This document shows, in pieces, positions 10,427-19,131 of a stretch of 64,000 bases of DNA (within the stretch, counting starts at the first letter, position 1; the number at the start of each line of letters is the position of its first letter). The stretch covers positions 41,978 through 105,977 of the forward strand of contig JBGGMV010000072.1 of assembly GCA_041287865.1 (NCBI GenBank). The letters are read 5' to 3'. The notes below the pieces were generated by a model. That model was not told where the DNA came from. It saw only the letters and a list, made by a program, of their open reading frames with translations, and did not search any database. The DNA comes from Alphaproteobacteria bacterium (GTDB lineage: Bacteria > Pseudomonadota > Alphaproteobacteria > Micavibrionales > UBA2020). Position numbers and translations under genes: made by a program.

Positions 10427-11622
10427 TGGAAATCGATGTCACAGCATGGCTCGGCCTCGCGCTCCGCTGGTTCCACCTGATGCTGGGGATTATGTGGATC
10501 GGCGCGTCGTTCTACTTCGTGTGGCTCGATCTCGCTCTGCGCCCCGCCAAATCCAAGGCCGACCGTGACGCTGGAGTCAGCGGCGAAGTATGGGCTGTCC
10601 ACGGCGGCGGTTTTTACCACAAGAAAAAATATCTCGTCGCGCCCGAAGGCATGCCGGATGACTTGCACTGGTTCAAATGGGAAGCCTATCTGACCTTCAT
10701 CAGCGGCTTTGCGCTGCTCTGCCTGATGTACTATTTCAACGCCGATATGTACCTGATCGACAAGGCCAAGATGTCGCTGACGCCCGCGCAGGCGACCTTT
10801 ATCGGCCTGGCCTTTCTGGGAGGCGGCTGGATTTTCTATGATGAACTGTGCAAAAGCGGCCTTGGCCAGAACGTGAAGGTTTTCAGCGTGATCTGGGCGG
10901 CGGCGCTGGTGGCGGCGGCCTATTTCCTCGGCCATATCTTTACGGGGCGCGGCGCCTTCATCCATGTGGGCGCGATGATCGGCACGGCCATGACGGCGAA
11001 CGTCTTCGCCGTTATCATCCCGAACCAGAAAAAGGTTGTGGCCGCGTTGCTGGCTGGCGAGAAGCCGGACGTCAAATACGGCAAGATCGCCAAGCAGCGT
11101 TCGATGCACAATAACTATATGACTCTGCCTGTGCTGCTCATCATGATCAGCAACCATTACCCGATGCTCTATAGCGGCGAATGGGGCTGGGCGATTCTGG
11201 CGGGCCTTGGCCTGTCGTCGTGGCCCTTCCGCCATTTCTTTAACCTGAGAGATCGCGGCATCACGCAGCACCGTTGGTGGATTGTGGGCGTCGCGGGCTT
11301 CATTTTCACCATCTGCGCAGCCTCGGGCCTTTTTGCACCTGCGAAAACGGTCGAGACCGCCGTCGCCGTCACACCTGCGGAAGTAAAACAGATCGTACGC
11401 ACGCATTGCAGCGGCTGCCACAGCGACACGCCCACGCATGCCAGCGTGACCGAAGCGCCCAAGGGCACGGCCTTCGACACTATCGAACAGATAAAGCAGA
11501 ACGCGCCTCGTATTATCGAGCAGGCGGTGAAATCCGACACGATGCCTTTGGGTAATGAAACCGGCATGACGGCGGAGGAGCGGAAGAAGCTCGGCATCGG
11601 TCTGGAATTGCTTGGTAAATAG
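10426..11622 (+). CDS. puuD: Membrane urate hydroxylase (PuuD-like) with C-terminal cytochrome c motif
   Basis: Polytopic membrane protein ending in a soluble domain with the haem-binding motif CSGCHS. Sits in a purine-catabolism context. The start overlaps the aceB stop (TGATG). Confidence 0.65.
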   Translation: MEIDVTAWLGLALRWFHLMLGIMWIGASFYFVWLDLALRPAKSKADRDAGVSGEVWAVHGGGFYHKKKYLVAPEGMPDDLHWFKWEAYLTFISGFALLCLMYYFNADMYLIDKAKMSLTPAQATFIGLAFLGGGWIFYDELCKSGLGQNVKVFSVIWAAALVAAAYFLGHIFTGRGAFIHVGAMIGTAMTANVFAVIIPNQKKVVAALLAGEKPDVKYGKIAKQRSMHNNYMTLPVLLIMISNHYPMLYSGEWGWAILAGLGLSSWPFRHFFNLRDRGITQHRWWIVGVAGFIFTICAASGLFAPAKTVETAVAVTPAEVKQIVRTHCSGCHSDTPTHASVTEAPKGTAFDTIEQIKQNAPRIIEQAVKSDTMPLGNETGMTAEERKKLGIGLELLGK

Positions 11623-11650
11623 CGCTTTGCTTGACGCGCGACAGCGCCGC

Positions 11651-12136
11651 ATGATAGTTAATATGCAAATGAAAGCCGCATTCAACACCACCAGAAAGCC
11701 GCCGCACGCCGACCTCGAAGCCTTTTGGCAGGGGACGGTGAAGGGGCGTGACGATGTGGTGGTGGCGATGCTCGATAAATACGGTCCCCAGCTGCTCACC
11801 CGCCGCAACCGCGCGTGGATGAACGGCCTGATGTTCGCCGCCGCCAACGGCCATGCCAGCACCGCGCAGATATTGCTCGATCATGGCGCGGAGATCGATG
11901 CGAAGAACAAAGTCGGCGAAACCGCGTCATGGCTTGCTGCACGCAACGGTCATCAAACGGTTTCAAAACTGATCGGTATCGAAAAAACACGCCGCAGCAA
12001 AGCCGCGGAGGCTGCGGCCATCACGCAGCAAAAACTGCTGCAGGATATCGACGCGCAGGGGCAGCAGGGAATGCCGCTGCAATCCGCCATTAAACTCTGC
12101 AAAAAACTGACGTTGAAGCCTCAGCTGCCGCGATAG
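11651..12136 (+). CDS. Ankyrin-repeat protein
   Basis: ANK consensus (GLMFAAANGHASTAQILLDHGAEIDAKNKVGETASWLAARNGHQTV). The start is uncertain: TTG at 11612, or ATG at 11651, 11663 or 11669. The 3' end overlaps the convergent uraH gene by 16 nt. Confidence 0.65.
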   Translation: MIVNMQMKAAFNTTRKPPHADLEAFWQGTVKGRDDVVVAMLDKYGPQLLTRRNRAWMNGLMFAAANGHASTAQILLDHGAEIDAKNKVGETASWLAARNGHQTVSKLIGIEKTRRSKAAEAAAITQQKLLQDIDAQGQQGMPLQSAIKLCKKLTLKPQLPR

Positions 12137-12477
12137 GTGCTGTAGCCATAGGGCGATACCAGCAGCGGCACGTGGTAATGCGCGGTCGTATCCCCGATGC
12201 CGAAATGGAGCGAGATCACGTCGAGGAAGGGCACCTTCGGCAGTTTTACGCCCATGCTCTTGAAATATTTCCCGGCTTCGAATTCGAGACGATATGTGCC
12301 GGTCTTCATTTCCTTGTCGGCCAGAATGGGGCCATCGACGCGGCCATCGGCATTGGTCTTTTTCGTCACGACAAGCGTTTCGGTGCCGCCTTTGGCGACG
12401 TGGTAAAGCCGCAGCGTAATGCCCTTGCCGGGGCAGCCGTGGGCGGTGTCGAGCACATGCGTCGTGAGTTTACCCAT
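12121..12477 (-). CDS. uraH: 5-hydroxyisourate hydrolase (transthyretin-like)
   Basis: 118 aa. Starts MGKLTTHVLDTAHGCPG and ends with the family signature YHVPLLVSPYGYSTYRGS. Confidence 0.9.
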   Translation of the reverse strand: MGKLTTHVLDTAHGCPGKGITLRLYHVAKGGTETLVVTKKTNADGRVDGPILADKEMKTGTYRLEFEAGKYFKSMGVKLPKVPFLDVISLHFGIGDTTAHYHVPLLVSPYGYSTYRGS

Positions 12478-12510
12478 AATCTTCCCTTATGAAAAAATGG
12501 CTTAACTTTT

Positions 12511-12532
12511 ATATAACATCTCACAGTTATAT
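12511..12532. promoter_or_regulatory. Inverted repeat ATATAAC-N8-GTTATAT in the uraH/puuE divergent promoter region
   Basis: 7-bp perfect arms at 12511-12517 and 12526-12532, in the AT-rich 206-bp gap between divergent purine-catabolism genes. Candidate operator. Confidence 0.3.
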
Positions 12533-12683
12533 TCGAAAGACAACCAAGGGGGGATCATGGCAATTCTATCGGGGTCTGCGGGGAAACATGGCGGGCGTCG
12601 CGAGACGACGTTGCGCGGTGAAAACCAGAACAAGCGCTTCCACACATTCCCCTTGTTGCGCGTAACCGGAGTTGTAAGGCCAC

Positions 12684-13655
12684 ATGGCGAAGGCAAAAAA
12701 ACCAAAAGCTAAACCGAAAGCGAAAAAGAAATCCGCTTCCCCGCGCGATCCGCGCGATTACGTCGGCTATGGCGAACACCCGCCCCATGCCAACTGGCCG
12801 GGCGGCGCACGCGTGGCCGTGCAGTTTGTTTTGAATTACGAGGAGGGCGGCGAAAACTGCGTCCTCAACGGCGACAAAGCTTCCGAAACCTTCCTCTCCG
12901 AAATCATCGGCGCGCCGCGTATCGAGGGCCGCCATATTTCCATGGAAAGCATCTACGAATACGGCACGCGCGCCGGCGTCTGGCGGCTGCTGCGATTGTT
13001 TAAAAAATACAAAATGCCTGTGACAGTTTTCGCCGTCGCGCTGGCGCTGGAAAAATATCCTGAAATCGCCCAAGCCTTCGTGCGTGACGGGCACGAGATT
13101 TGCTCGCACGGCTACCGCTGGATCAATTATCAGGACATGGATAAAAAGACCGAGCGCGAGCATATGAAGAAAGCCATCGATATCATCAAGCGCGTCACGG
13201 GCGAACGTCCGCTGGGCTGGTACACGGGCCGCACCTCGCCCAATACCCGCGATCTGGTGATGGAGGAGGGCGGCTTTGTTTATGACGCTGACGATTACAG
13301 CGACGATCTGCCCTTCTGGGATGTGCGCGGCAATAAAAAGCAGCTGGTCGTGCCCTATACGCTCGATTCAAATGACATGAGGTTCGCAACGGCGCAGGGC
13401 TTCAACTCCGGCGACCAGTATTTCGCCTACCTGCGCGATGCTTTCGATGTATTGTATGCGGAGGGCGAAACAGCGCCCAAGATGCTGTCGGTCGGCTTGC
13501 ACTGCCGCATCGTCGGCCGCCCGGGGCGCATTGCCGCGCTGGAACGCTTTATCCAGCATATCAAGAGCCATGACCGCGTCTGGATCTGCCGCCGCATCGA
13601 CATTGCACGGCACTGGATCGCGCATCATCCCTATCTGGAGGATTCCCGTGGATAG
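12684..13655 (+). CDS. puuE: Allantoinase, PuuE (polysaccharide deacetylase) type, with Lys-rich N-terminal extension
   Basis: YVGYGEHPPHANWPGGARVAVQFVLNYEEGGE and the rest match the PuuE pattern. A 20-aa K/P/A-rich extension precedes the conserved core, and no alternative in-frame start is available. Confidence 0.8.
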   Translation: MAKAKKPKAKPKAKKKSASPRDPRDYVGYGEHPPHANWPGGARVAVQFVLNYEEGGENCVLNGDKASETFLSEIIGAPRIEGRHISMESIYEYGTRAGVWRLLRLFKKYKMPVTVFAVALALEKYPEIAQAFVRDGHEICSHGYRWINYQDMDKKTEREHMKKAIDIIKRVTGERPLGWYTGRTSPNTRDLVMEEGGFVYDADDYSDDLPFWDVRGNKKQLVVPYTLDSNDMRFATAQGFNSGDQYFAYLRDAFDVLYAEGETAPKMLSVGLHCRIVGRPGRIAALERFIQHIKSHDRVWICRRIDIARHWIAHHPYLEDSRG

Positions 13656-14181
13656 CAACGACGACCTGCCCCTGCCGCACAAGCCGGCCGACCTTGCGCT
13701 GCCCGCGTTTCTGAAGATTTACGGCGCGCTCTACGAGAAATCGCCGTGGATCGTCGAAGCCGTTTACGCGAAGAAAGACCAGAGCATCGATACGGTGGGA
13801 GAATTTCTGGCCGCGCTGCGCAAGGCTGTCGACGAAGGCGGGCGCGATAAACAGCTGGCCCTGATCCGCGCGCACCCCTATCTCGCCCCGCCGCCTGCGG
13901 AGGCCGCGAAAATGACCACACATTCCGTGTCGGAACAAAAAGGCGCAGGGTTAAACCAGTGCACACCGGCGGAGGCGAGCGAGTTCCAGAACCTCAACGC
14001 CCTCTACCAGCAGAAATTCACTTTTCCGTTTATCATCGCGGTGAAGGGGCTGACGAAATTCGATATCCTCGACGCCTTCCGCGCGCGGCTCAATAACGCG
14101 CAGGACGAGGAATTCGCAACAGCGCTGGAGCAGATTCACAAAATCGCCCGCCTGCGCCTGATGGCCGTGCTGGGGAAATAG
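13648..14181 (+). CDS. uraD: OHCU decarboxylase
   Basis: The GTG at 13648 is 5 nt after GGAGGA and overlaps the puuE end by 8 nt. Motifs: IRAHPYLA, SEQKGAGL, FPFIIAVKG. The ORF-track 5' extension (13438) is a frame overlap inside puuE. Confidence 0.8.
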   Translation: MDSNDDLPLPHKPADLALPAFLKIYGALYEKSPWIVEAVYAKKDQSIDTVGEFLAALRKAVDEGGRDKQLALIRAHPYLAPPPAEAAKMTTHSVSEQKGAGLNQCTPAEASEFQNLNALYQQKFTFPFIIAVKGLTKFDILDAFRARLNNAQDEEFATALEQIHKIARLRLMAVLGK

Positions 14182-15297
14182 TTATTCTTCTATCCCGAAG
14201 ACTTTCAATCCATGGATGCCGCCGTTGTCGTAGTGCATGTAGAGCACATGCGTCACGGGGCCGACGTCGTTCACGTCGCGGAAACGGTGAAAAGTATCGG
14301 GCGACAACGGCTCAAACGGCACAACCGCTTTCCAGGGGCAGCCCTTGGGGATGTTCAGGCGGATGCGGAAATGCTCGTTATCCTTCACGCCTTTTTCCTT
14401 CAGGTATTTCTGGTTCATCATGTAATCGCTGAAGTTGTCGGGAACGACGACTTTCTTGCCGTCAAAAACCGCGCACCATTTGGGCGCCTGTTTCATCAGC
14501 TTGTTGATGTCCTTGCCCTTGGCGTCGATGGCAAAGACATGCGCTGTCAGCGGCGCATTCAGGCGGTGCAGGTAGGTGTCGACCATCACTTCGTCGATCA
14601 CGGCGGGTTTTTTCAAATGAAACAACGCCTGTTCGCCGCAACCGGTGCGGGCCGATTCCCAGCCGTACATATACATCTGCTGGCGGTCGCCGCCGACGCA
14701 GCGATCGGGCACGCCGTAATGCACGTTTGACACATGGGTGATCTTCGCGCCCACCAGCAAATCCTTCTTTGCGGGAGGCTGCTCGACGCCGGTATCGCCA
14801 AAGAAGTTGATGCGGCTCAATCCGCCTTCGTAATAAACCTCGACATAGGCCTGTGTTGCGATCACGGGCTTGATCTTGAAAACATGCTCGCTGTCGGGTT
14901 TCAGGCTCTGGCGCTCCAGCACCTGCTGCGCGTTGCCGGTCAGCTCGTCAGTCAGGTAGACGGAAACGGCGCGCACCTGGTTGCCGGTGTACCATTTGGT
15001 GCTGATGGTGATTTTATCGATCTTGCCGCGTTTTTTCAGGCCGATCAGCATCCAGCCATGCGCGTTATGGTCGTATTCCAGTTCGTTCTCGCCCGGCACG
15101 ACCGTGGTCGCCATGTGGCGACGTGATTCAAAACCCCAGTATTTCGCGCCCATGTGCGTGAAATCGCCGCGGCAATCCTTCGGCTCGGTGGCCAGCATGG
15201 CTTCGTGCGGGTTGGTGAAATCCGATTCCGAATAAGCGATCAGGATGGCGGGAATGGGTTTTGCGGCTTTTGTCGTCGTTTTCTTTTTGGCGGGCAT
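14182..15297 (-). CDS. alc: Allantoicase-like protein (two allantoicase repeats), Lys-rich N-terminus
   Basis: Two repeats with WGFESRRH...TKWYTGNQV and YGWESART...VDTYLHRLNAP, resembling the allantoicase repeat pattern. The start is taken at MPAKKK (15297). The stop abuts the uraD stop with 0 nt between them. Confidence 0.7.
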   Translation of the reverse strand: MPAKKKTTTKAAKPIPAILIAYSESDFTNPHEAMLATEPKDCRGDFTHMGAKYWGFESRRHMATTVVPGENELEYDHNAHGWMLIGLKKRGKIDKITISTKWYTGNQVRAVSVYLTDELTGNAQQVLERQSLKPDSEHVFKIKPVIATQAYVEVYYEGGLSRINFFGDTGVEQPPAKKDLLVGAKITHVSNVHYGVPDRCVGGDRQQMYMYGWESARTGCGEQALFHLKKPAVIDEVMVDTYLHRLNAPLTAHVFAIDAKGKDINKLMKQAPKWCAVFDGKKVVVPDNFSDYMMNQKYLKEKGVKDNEHFRIRLNIPKGCPWKAVVPFEPLSPDTFHRFRDVNDVGPVTHVLYMHYDNGGIHGLKVFGIEE

Positions 15298-15375
15298 GGT
15301 GCAACCTTGGTTAAGCTTGTTTTGCTGCCCAAATTTATGCAACTATTAGCCAGCCATTGCAATCCGGAAAACATC

Positions 15376-15876
15376 ATGACAAAGCGTATTTTAAAGCCCG
15401 AACCGCTCACCGCCGCCGCCTTTGCTCCTTATGGAGATGTGCTGGAAACCGGCACAGCGCGGGAGCTGCGCAACATCAACTACGGCAATACCGAGCGCTT
15501 CCATGATCTGGCACGGCTCGATCTGGCGGCGGCGAATGGCCAGCCGCTGGTCAGCATTTTCCGCTCCAAACCGTTGCCGCGCCCGATTGCCGTCAAGGTG
15601 ATGGAACGCCACCCGATGTCGAGCCAGGCCTTTTACCCGCTCGATAACCGTCCCTTTATGGTTGTGGTGGCGCCGGGGGGCGAGTTCGATTCATCGAAGC
15701 TCCGCGCCTTTCTGGCCGGCCCGAAGCAGGGCGTGAATTACGCAAAGGGTACATGGCATCATTACAGCCTTGCGCTTGACCATGTTTCTGAATTCATGGT
15801 GATCGATCGCGGCGGGCCGGAGAAGAATTGCGACGAGGTTTTTCTTGAACAAGAAAATATCTCGATAGACTATTGA
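15376..15876 (+). CDS. allA: Ureidoglycolate lyase
   Basis: MTKRILKPEPLTAAAFAPYGDVLE at the N-terminus and a length of about 166 aa are typical of AllA. The ORF-track 5' extension was trimmed to the ATG at 15376. Confidence 0.8.
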   Translation: MTKRILKPEPLTAAAFAPYGDVLETGTARELRNINYGNTERFHDLARLDLAAANGQPLVSIFRSKPLPRPIAVKVMERHPMSSQAFYPLDNRPFMVVVAPGGEFDSSKLRAFLAGPKQGVNYAKGTWHHYSLALDHVSEFMVIDRGGPEKNCDEVFLEQENISIDY

Positions 15877-15956
15877 TATGTAAACCCCGCCTATTGCCAC
15901 GTTAACCGCGCACCCCTAAAATTCAACTAGTCATTTCAAACCGGAGGTTCGGCATC

Positions 15957-16808
15957 ATGCCGCGCGTCGTCGTTTCAAATTCAAACAATCAAGGGAACCA
16001 AGGCATGTCAGGCAGTTCTATTACGAAGATTATCCTCGTCCTCTTCCTCCTTATCGTCGGTATCTGGCTTTTCACTTCTACCATCGTCGTGGTCGATGCG
16101 GGCTTTACCGGTGTCAAGAAAACGCTCGGCAAGGTGGATGACGAAGGGTTGACGCCGGGGCTTTACATCGTCTTCCCGCTCACGACCAGTATCATCCAGA
16201 TGGACAACCGCGTGCTGCGCCTCGAAAACAATACGGCCGTCTATTCGAAAGACGTGCAGCAGGCCAATATCGCTTATGTCGTCAACTACAGCCTGAACAA
16301 GGACGCGACGGTGAAGATGTATTCCGAAGTGGGCGTCTATTGGGCGGAGAAACTGATCCCGCAGGTCATCCAGTCGTCGATGAAGAACGTCATCGGCCAA
16401 TGGAACGCGATGGAACTGATCGCCAACCGCGTCAAGGCGACCAACGACATCGAGACGATGATTTCCGCGACGCTGCATGACCGCGGCATCACGATCAACG
16501 ATTTCTCGCTCACCAACATCGATTTCCAGGACGCTTTCGAGCAAGCCGTTGAATCGAAGGTCGTCGCCGTGCAGGAAGCCGAGCGCGCCAAGAACAAGAC
16601 CGTCACCGTGCAGGAAGAAGCCAACCAGCGCGTGATCGCCGCCAAAGCCGACGCCGAAGCGATGCAGATCAAGACGGAAGCCCTGACCAAGAACCAGTCG
16701 CTCATCATGTACGAAGCCGTGCTGAAATGGGACGGCCAACTGCCCCGTATTTTCGGCGGCGGTTCGGGCGGCAACTTCCTCAACATTCCCGAAGGGATGT
16801 TGAAATGA
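15957..16808 (+). CDS. SPFH/band-7 (prohibitin-like) membrane protein
   Basis: N-terminal TM segment, an SPFH core and an Ala/Glu-rich coiled coil (EAERAKNKTVTVQEEANQRVIAAKADAEA). GGAGG lies upstream of the ATG. Confidence 0.8.
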   Translation: MPRVVVSNSNNQGNQGMSGSSITKIILVLFLLIVGIWLFTSTIVVVDAGFTGVKKTLGKVDDEGLTPGLYIVFPLTTSIIQMDNRVLRLENNTAVYSKDVQQANIAYVVNYSLNKDATVKMYSEVGVYWAEKLIPQVIQSSMKNVIGQWNAMELIANRVKATNDIETMISATLHDRGITINDFSLTNIDFQDAFEQAVESKVVAVQEAERAKNKTVTVQEEANQRVIAAKADAEAMQIKTEALTKNQSLIMYEAVLKWDGQLPRIFGGGSGGNFLNIPEGMLK

Positions 16809-17461
16809 TCCGCCGCTTTCTCGCGCTGATCTCGCTTTGCCTCGTGATGGCGGTTACCCCCGCCTTCGCGGGCGAGCGCGTGGGTGTCGTCGACGAGGTA
16901 GAGGGCAAGGTGACCGCTACCCAGTCGGGCAGCAAAGCCTCGCGCGCGCTCCATGACGGCGACGCGGTGATGGAGGATGATCTCATCGAAACGGCCAAGG
17001 ATTCTCGGGTCAAGATCGTCTTCGTCGACAAGACCGAATTCGTGCTGGCCGGCAAGGGCTCGATGCATGTCGATGATTTCGACTTCAGCCCCCGCGACGG
17101 CAAGCAGGATAAGGCGAAGCTTTCCGTCCTCGGCGCCGCCTTTTCATGGGTGAGCGGCAAGATCGGCAAGGACAAGGAGGCCGATGTCACCGTCAATGTC
17201 GACTTTGGCTCGATCGGCATCCGCGGCACCGAAGTCTGGCGCTCCATGCACAAGGGCGAATGCTGGATCTACCTGAAATCTGGAAAGATCGACGTGTCCA
17301 ACGCTGGCGGCCGCGTCAAGCTGAAGCCAGGCGAGGGAACGATCATGCGCGCAAAGGGCACCAAGCCTGACGACCCGCATGTCTGGAGCCGCCGCGAGAT
17401 CAACTGGATCAAGGGCTCTGTCGAAAGCCCGCGCAGCTGGAAGAAAAAAGGCTGGGAATAA
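16805..17461 (+). CDS. Secreted FecR-domain protein
   Basis: Signal peptide MIRRFLALISLCLVMAVTPAFA. FecR-like segment (VGVVDEVEGKVTA...DGDAVMEDDLIETAKDSRVKIVF). The start overlaps the SPFH stop (ATGA). Confidence 0.6.
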   Translation: MIRRFLALISLCLVMAVTPAFAGERVGVVDEVEGKVTATQSGSKASRALHDGDAVMEDDLIETAKDSRVKIVFVDKTEFVLAGKGSMHVDDFDFSPRDGKQDKAKLSVLGAAFSWVSGKIGKDKEADVTVNVDFGSIGIRGTEVWRSMHKGECWIYLKSGKIDVSNAGGRVKLKPGEGTIMRAKGTKPDDPHVWSRREINWIKGSVESPRSWKKKGWE

Positions 17462-17480
17462 ACAGTCATAAATATACGAG

Positions 17481-17510
17481 AAAAGGGGGCTTAACAGCCC
17501 CCTTTTCTTT
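17481..17510. terminator. Bidirectional intrinsic terminator
   Basis: AAAAGGGGGC-TTAACA-GCCCCCTTTT followed by CTTTTT, located between convergent genes. Confidence 0.75.
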
Positions 17511-18509
17511 TTATCCGTGCCGGCCCCAGAGCCAGGCCGCGCCGCGCACGCCCGATGAATCGCCGTGGCGCGCCGGTGCGATCGGGGTTTTGACGGTGTC
17601 GGAGAAAATATATTTTCCCCACAACTGCGGCAGGTCGCGGTAGAGCGCATTCACGTTGCTCATCCCCCAGCCCAGCACGATGATATCCGGATCCATGATA
17701 TTCACCACCTGCGCCAGCGCGCGGGCAAGGCGGTCGGCATAGCGGTTATAGGCTGCCTGCGCTTTCGGTTCGCCCTCGGTCGCCTTGGCGATGATATCGT
17801 GCGTCGACATATCCTCGCCGGTCACGCGCTTATAGTCGTTGCGGAATCCCGTGCCCGAAATCCATGTTTCAAGGCAGCCGCGCCGCCCGCAATAGCAGAG
17901 CGGCCCCGGATACTCGCCGGTTGCGGCATCGGTGAAGTAAAGGTCTTTCAGCTTATCCGCCACGTTGGGCGCGGCTTCAAACCCCGCAAATAATTTTCCG
18001 CCGTCAAGCCCTGCGCGCGGATAGGGCAGGGGGTTATGCCCCCATTCGCCGGCGATGCAGTTGGGCCCGCGATGCGCTTCACCCTTGAAAGCCACACCGC
18101 CACCGCAACCCGTGCCGATGATGACGGCGAATACGACATTGCGCCCCGCGCCCGCGCCGTCGGTCGCTTCCGACACTGCAAGGCAGTTGGCGTCGTTTTC
18201 CATGCGTACTTCACGGCCCAGCGCCTTGGCGACGTCTTTCTGCAACGGCTGGCCGTTCGTCCATGTCGAATTGGAATTTTTCACCAGTCCCGTTTCCGGC
18301 ACGACAGTGCCCGGGATGCCGATGCCCACCGTGCCGTTTTTCTTCATGATGCGCTCGGCGTTTTGCACCAGTTCGACCAGTGTCTTGACCGTGACGATAT
18401 AATCGCCGCGCGGCGTGGGGATGCGCTGGCGATACAGTTCCTTGCCGTTGCGTTCGTCAAGGCAGATGATTTCCGTCTTGGTGCCGCCGAAGTCGATGCC
18501 GATGCGCAT
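17511..18509 (-). CDS. ROK-family sugar kinase (N-acetylglucosamine kinase/fructokinase-like)
   Basis: [13 protein letters not shown] at the N-terminus. ROK zinc motif [15 protein letters not shown]. The ORF-track 5' extension was trimmed to the ATG at 18509. Confidence 0.8.
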   Translation of the reverse strand: MRIGIDFGGTKTEIICLDERNGKELYRQRIPTPRGDYIVTVKTLVELVQNAERIMKKNGTVGIGIPGTVVPETGLVKNSNSTWTNGQPLQKDVAKALGREVRMENDANCLAVSEATDGAGAGRNVVFAVIIGTGCGGGVAFKGEAHRGPNCIAGEWGHNPLPYPRAGLDGGKLFAGFEAAPNVADKLKDLYFTDAATGEYPGPLCYCGRRGCLETWISGTGFRNDYKRVTGEDMSTHDIIAKATEGEPKAQAAYNRYADRLARALAQVVNIMDPDIIVLGWGMSNVNALYRDLPQLWGKYIFSDTVKTPIAPARHGDSSGVRGAAWLWGRHG

Positions 18510-18511
18510 TT

Positions 18512-18979
18512 TTACTTGTCCAGCTCTTCCAGCAGCTTCTTGTAAAGCGCAAGGCTTGCCACCACGCGCTCGTCGGCGCTTTCCTCGGTCTTGCGGCCGT
18601 TGGCGTCGTAATAGCGGTGGATGTCTTCCTCGCGGCAGATGCCGTGCTGCAGTTCTTTTACGATACAGGTGCGCTCGGTCAGGTTCGCCATACAATGCAC
18701 GCTGCCTTTGGGGATCTGGATCGTCTGGCCCGCCTGAAGCGTGATGCGCTTGCCGTCCAGTATCACGGTCAGCTCGCCCGCCATCACGCGCCAGTTTTCA
18801 CGGCGGTGGTCGTGCGACTGCAGTGACAGCGCCTGTCCCGCATTTATATGTATCTCTTTCTCGCAGCTTTCCTCGCCGGCGGCATTGACGCCGACGGCCT
18901 GCACCACATAGGTGCCCCAGGGGCGTATATCCATGTCGCCAACCGCATAGCGCGCGCCGATGGGTTTTTCAGGTTTCAT
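18512..18979 (-). CDS. Cupin-domain protein (mannose-6-phosphate isomerase type II C-terminal-like)
   Basis: Cupin motifs ([26 protein letters not shown]). The ATG at 18979 follows GGAG. Lies 2 nt upstream of the ROK kinase gene. Confidence 0.6.
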   Translation of the reverse strand: MKPEKPIGARYAVGDMDIRPWGTYVVQAVGVNAAGEESCEKEIHINAGQALSLQSHDHRRENWRVMAGELTVILDGKRITLQAGQTIQIPKGSVHCMANLTERTCIVKELQHGICREEDIHRYYDANGRKTEESADERVVASLALYKKLLEELDK

Positions 18980-19131
18980 CCCGAACTCCTTTTCCTCTTT
19001 GAATAAAATAGCATTATCAAGGGCATGCAGGGGCGCAAAAAGCTTTGACAAGGGGTACACATATACTCTATATTTACATATCATTTATTATGGCAATTTG
19101 AGCTTCCCTTAAAAAGAGGAAACAAAATCAA

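Noticed and set aside
12557-12712. 51-codon ORF (MAILSGSAGKHGG...) with a G-rich RBS in the uraH/puuE intergenic region. I also considered a purine/xanthine riboswitch here.
   Set aside because: The ORF overlaps the puuE start out of frame and has no recognisable features. I cannot match the region to any riboswitch consensus from memory, so there is no support.
17511-18695. 5'-extended versions of several ORF-track entries: 17511..18695, 18512..19084, 13438..14181, 15154..15876, 16727..17461, 50418..51077, 52276..53751, 59278..60750.
   Set aside because: The extensions overlap neighbouring genes or have Arg-rich nonsense-like sequence. Internal ATG or GTG codons with good Shine-Dalgarno sites coincide with the start of the conserved protein sequence.
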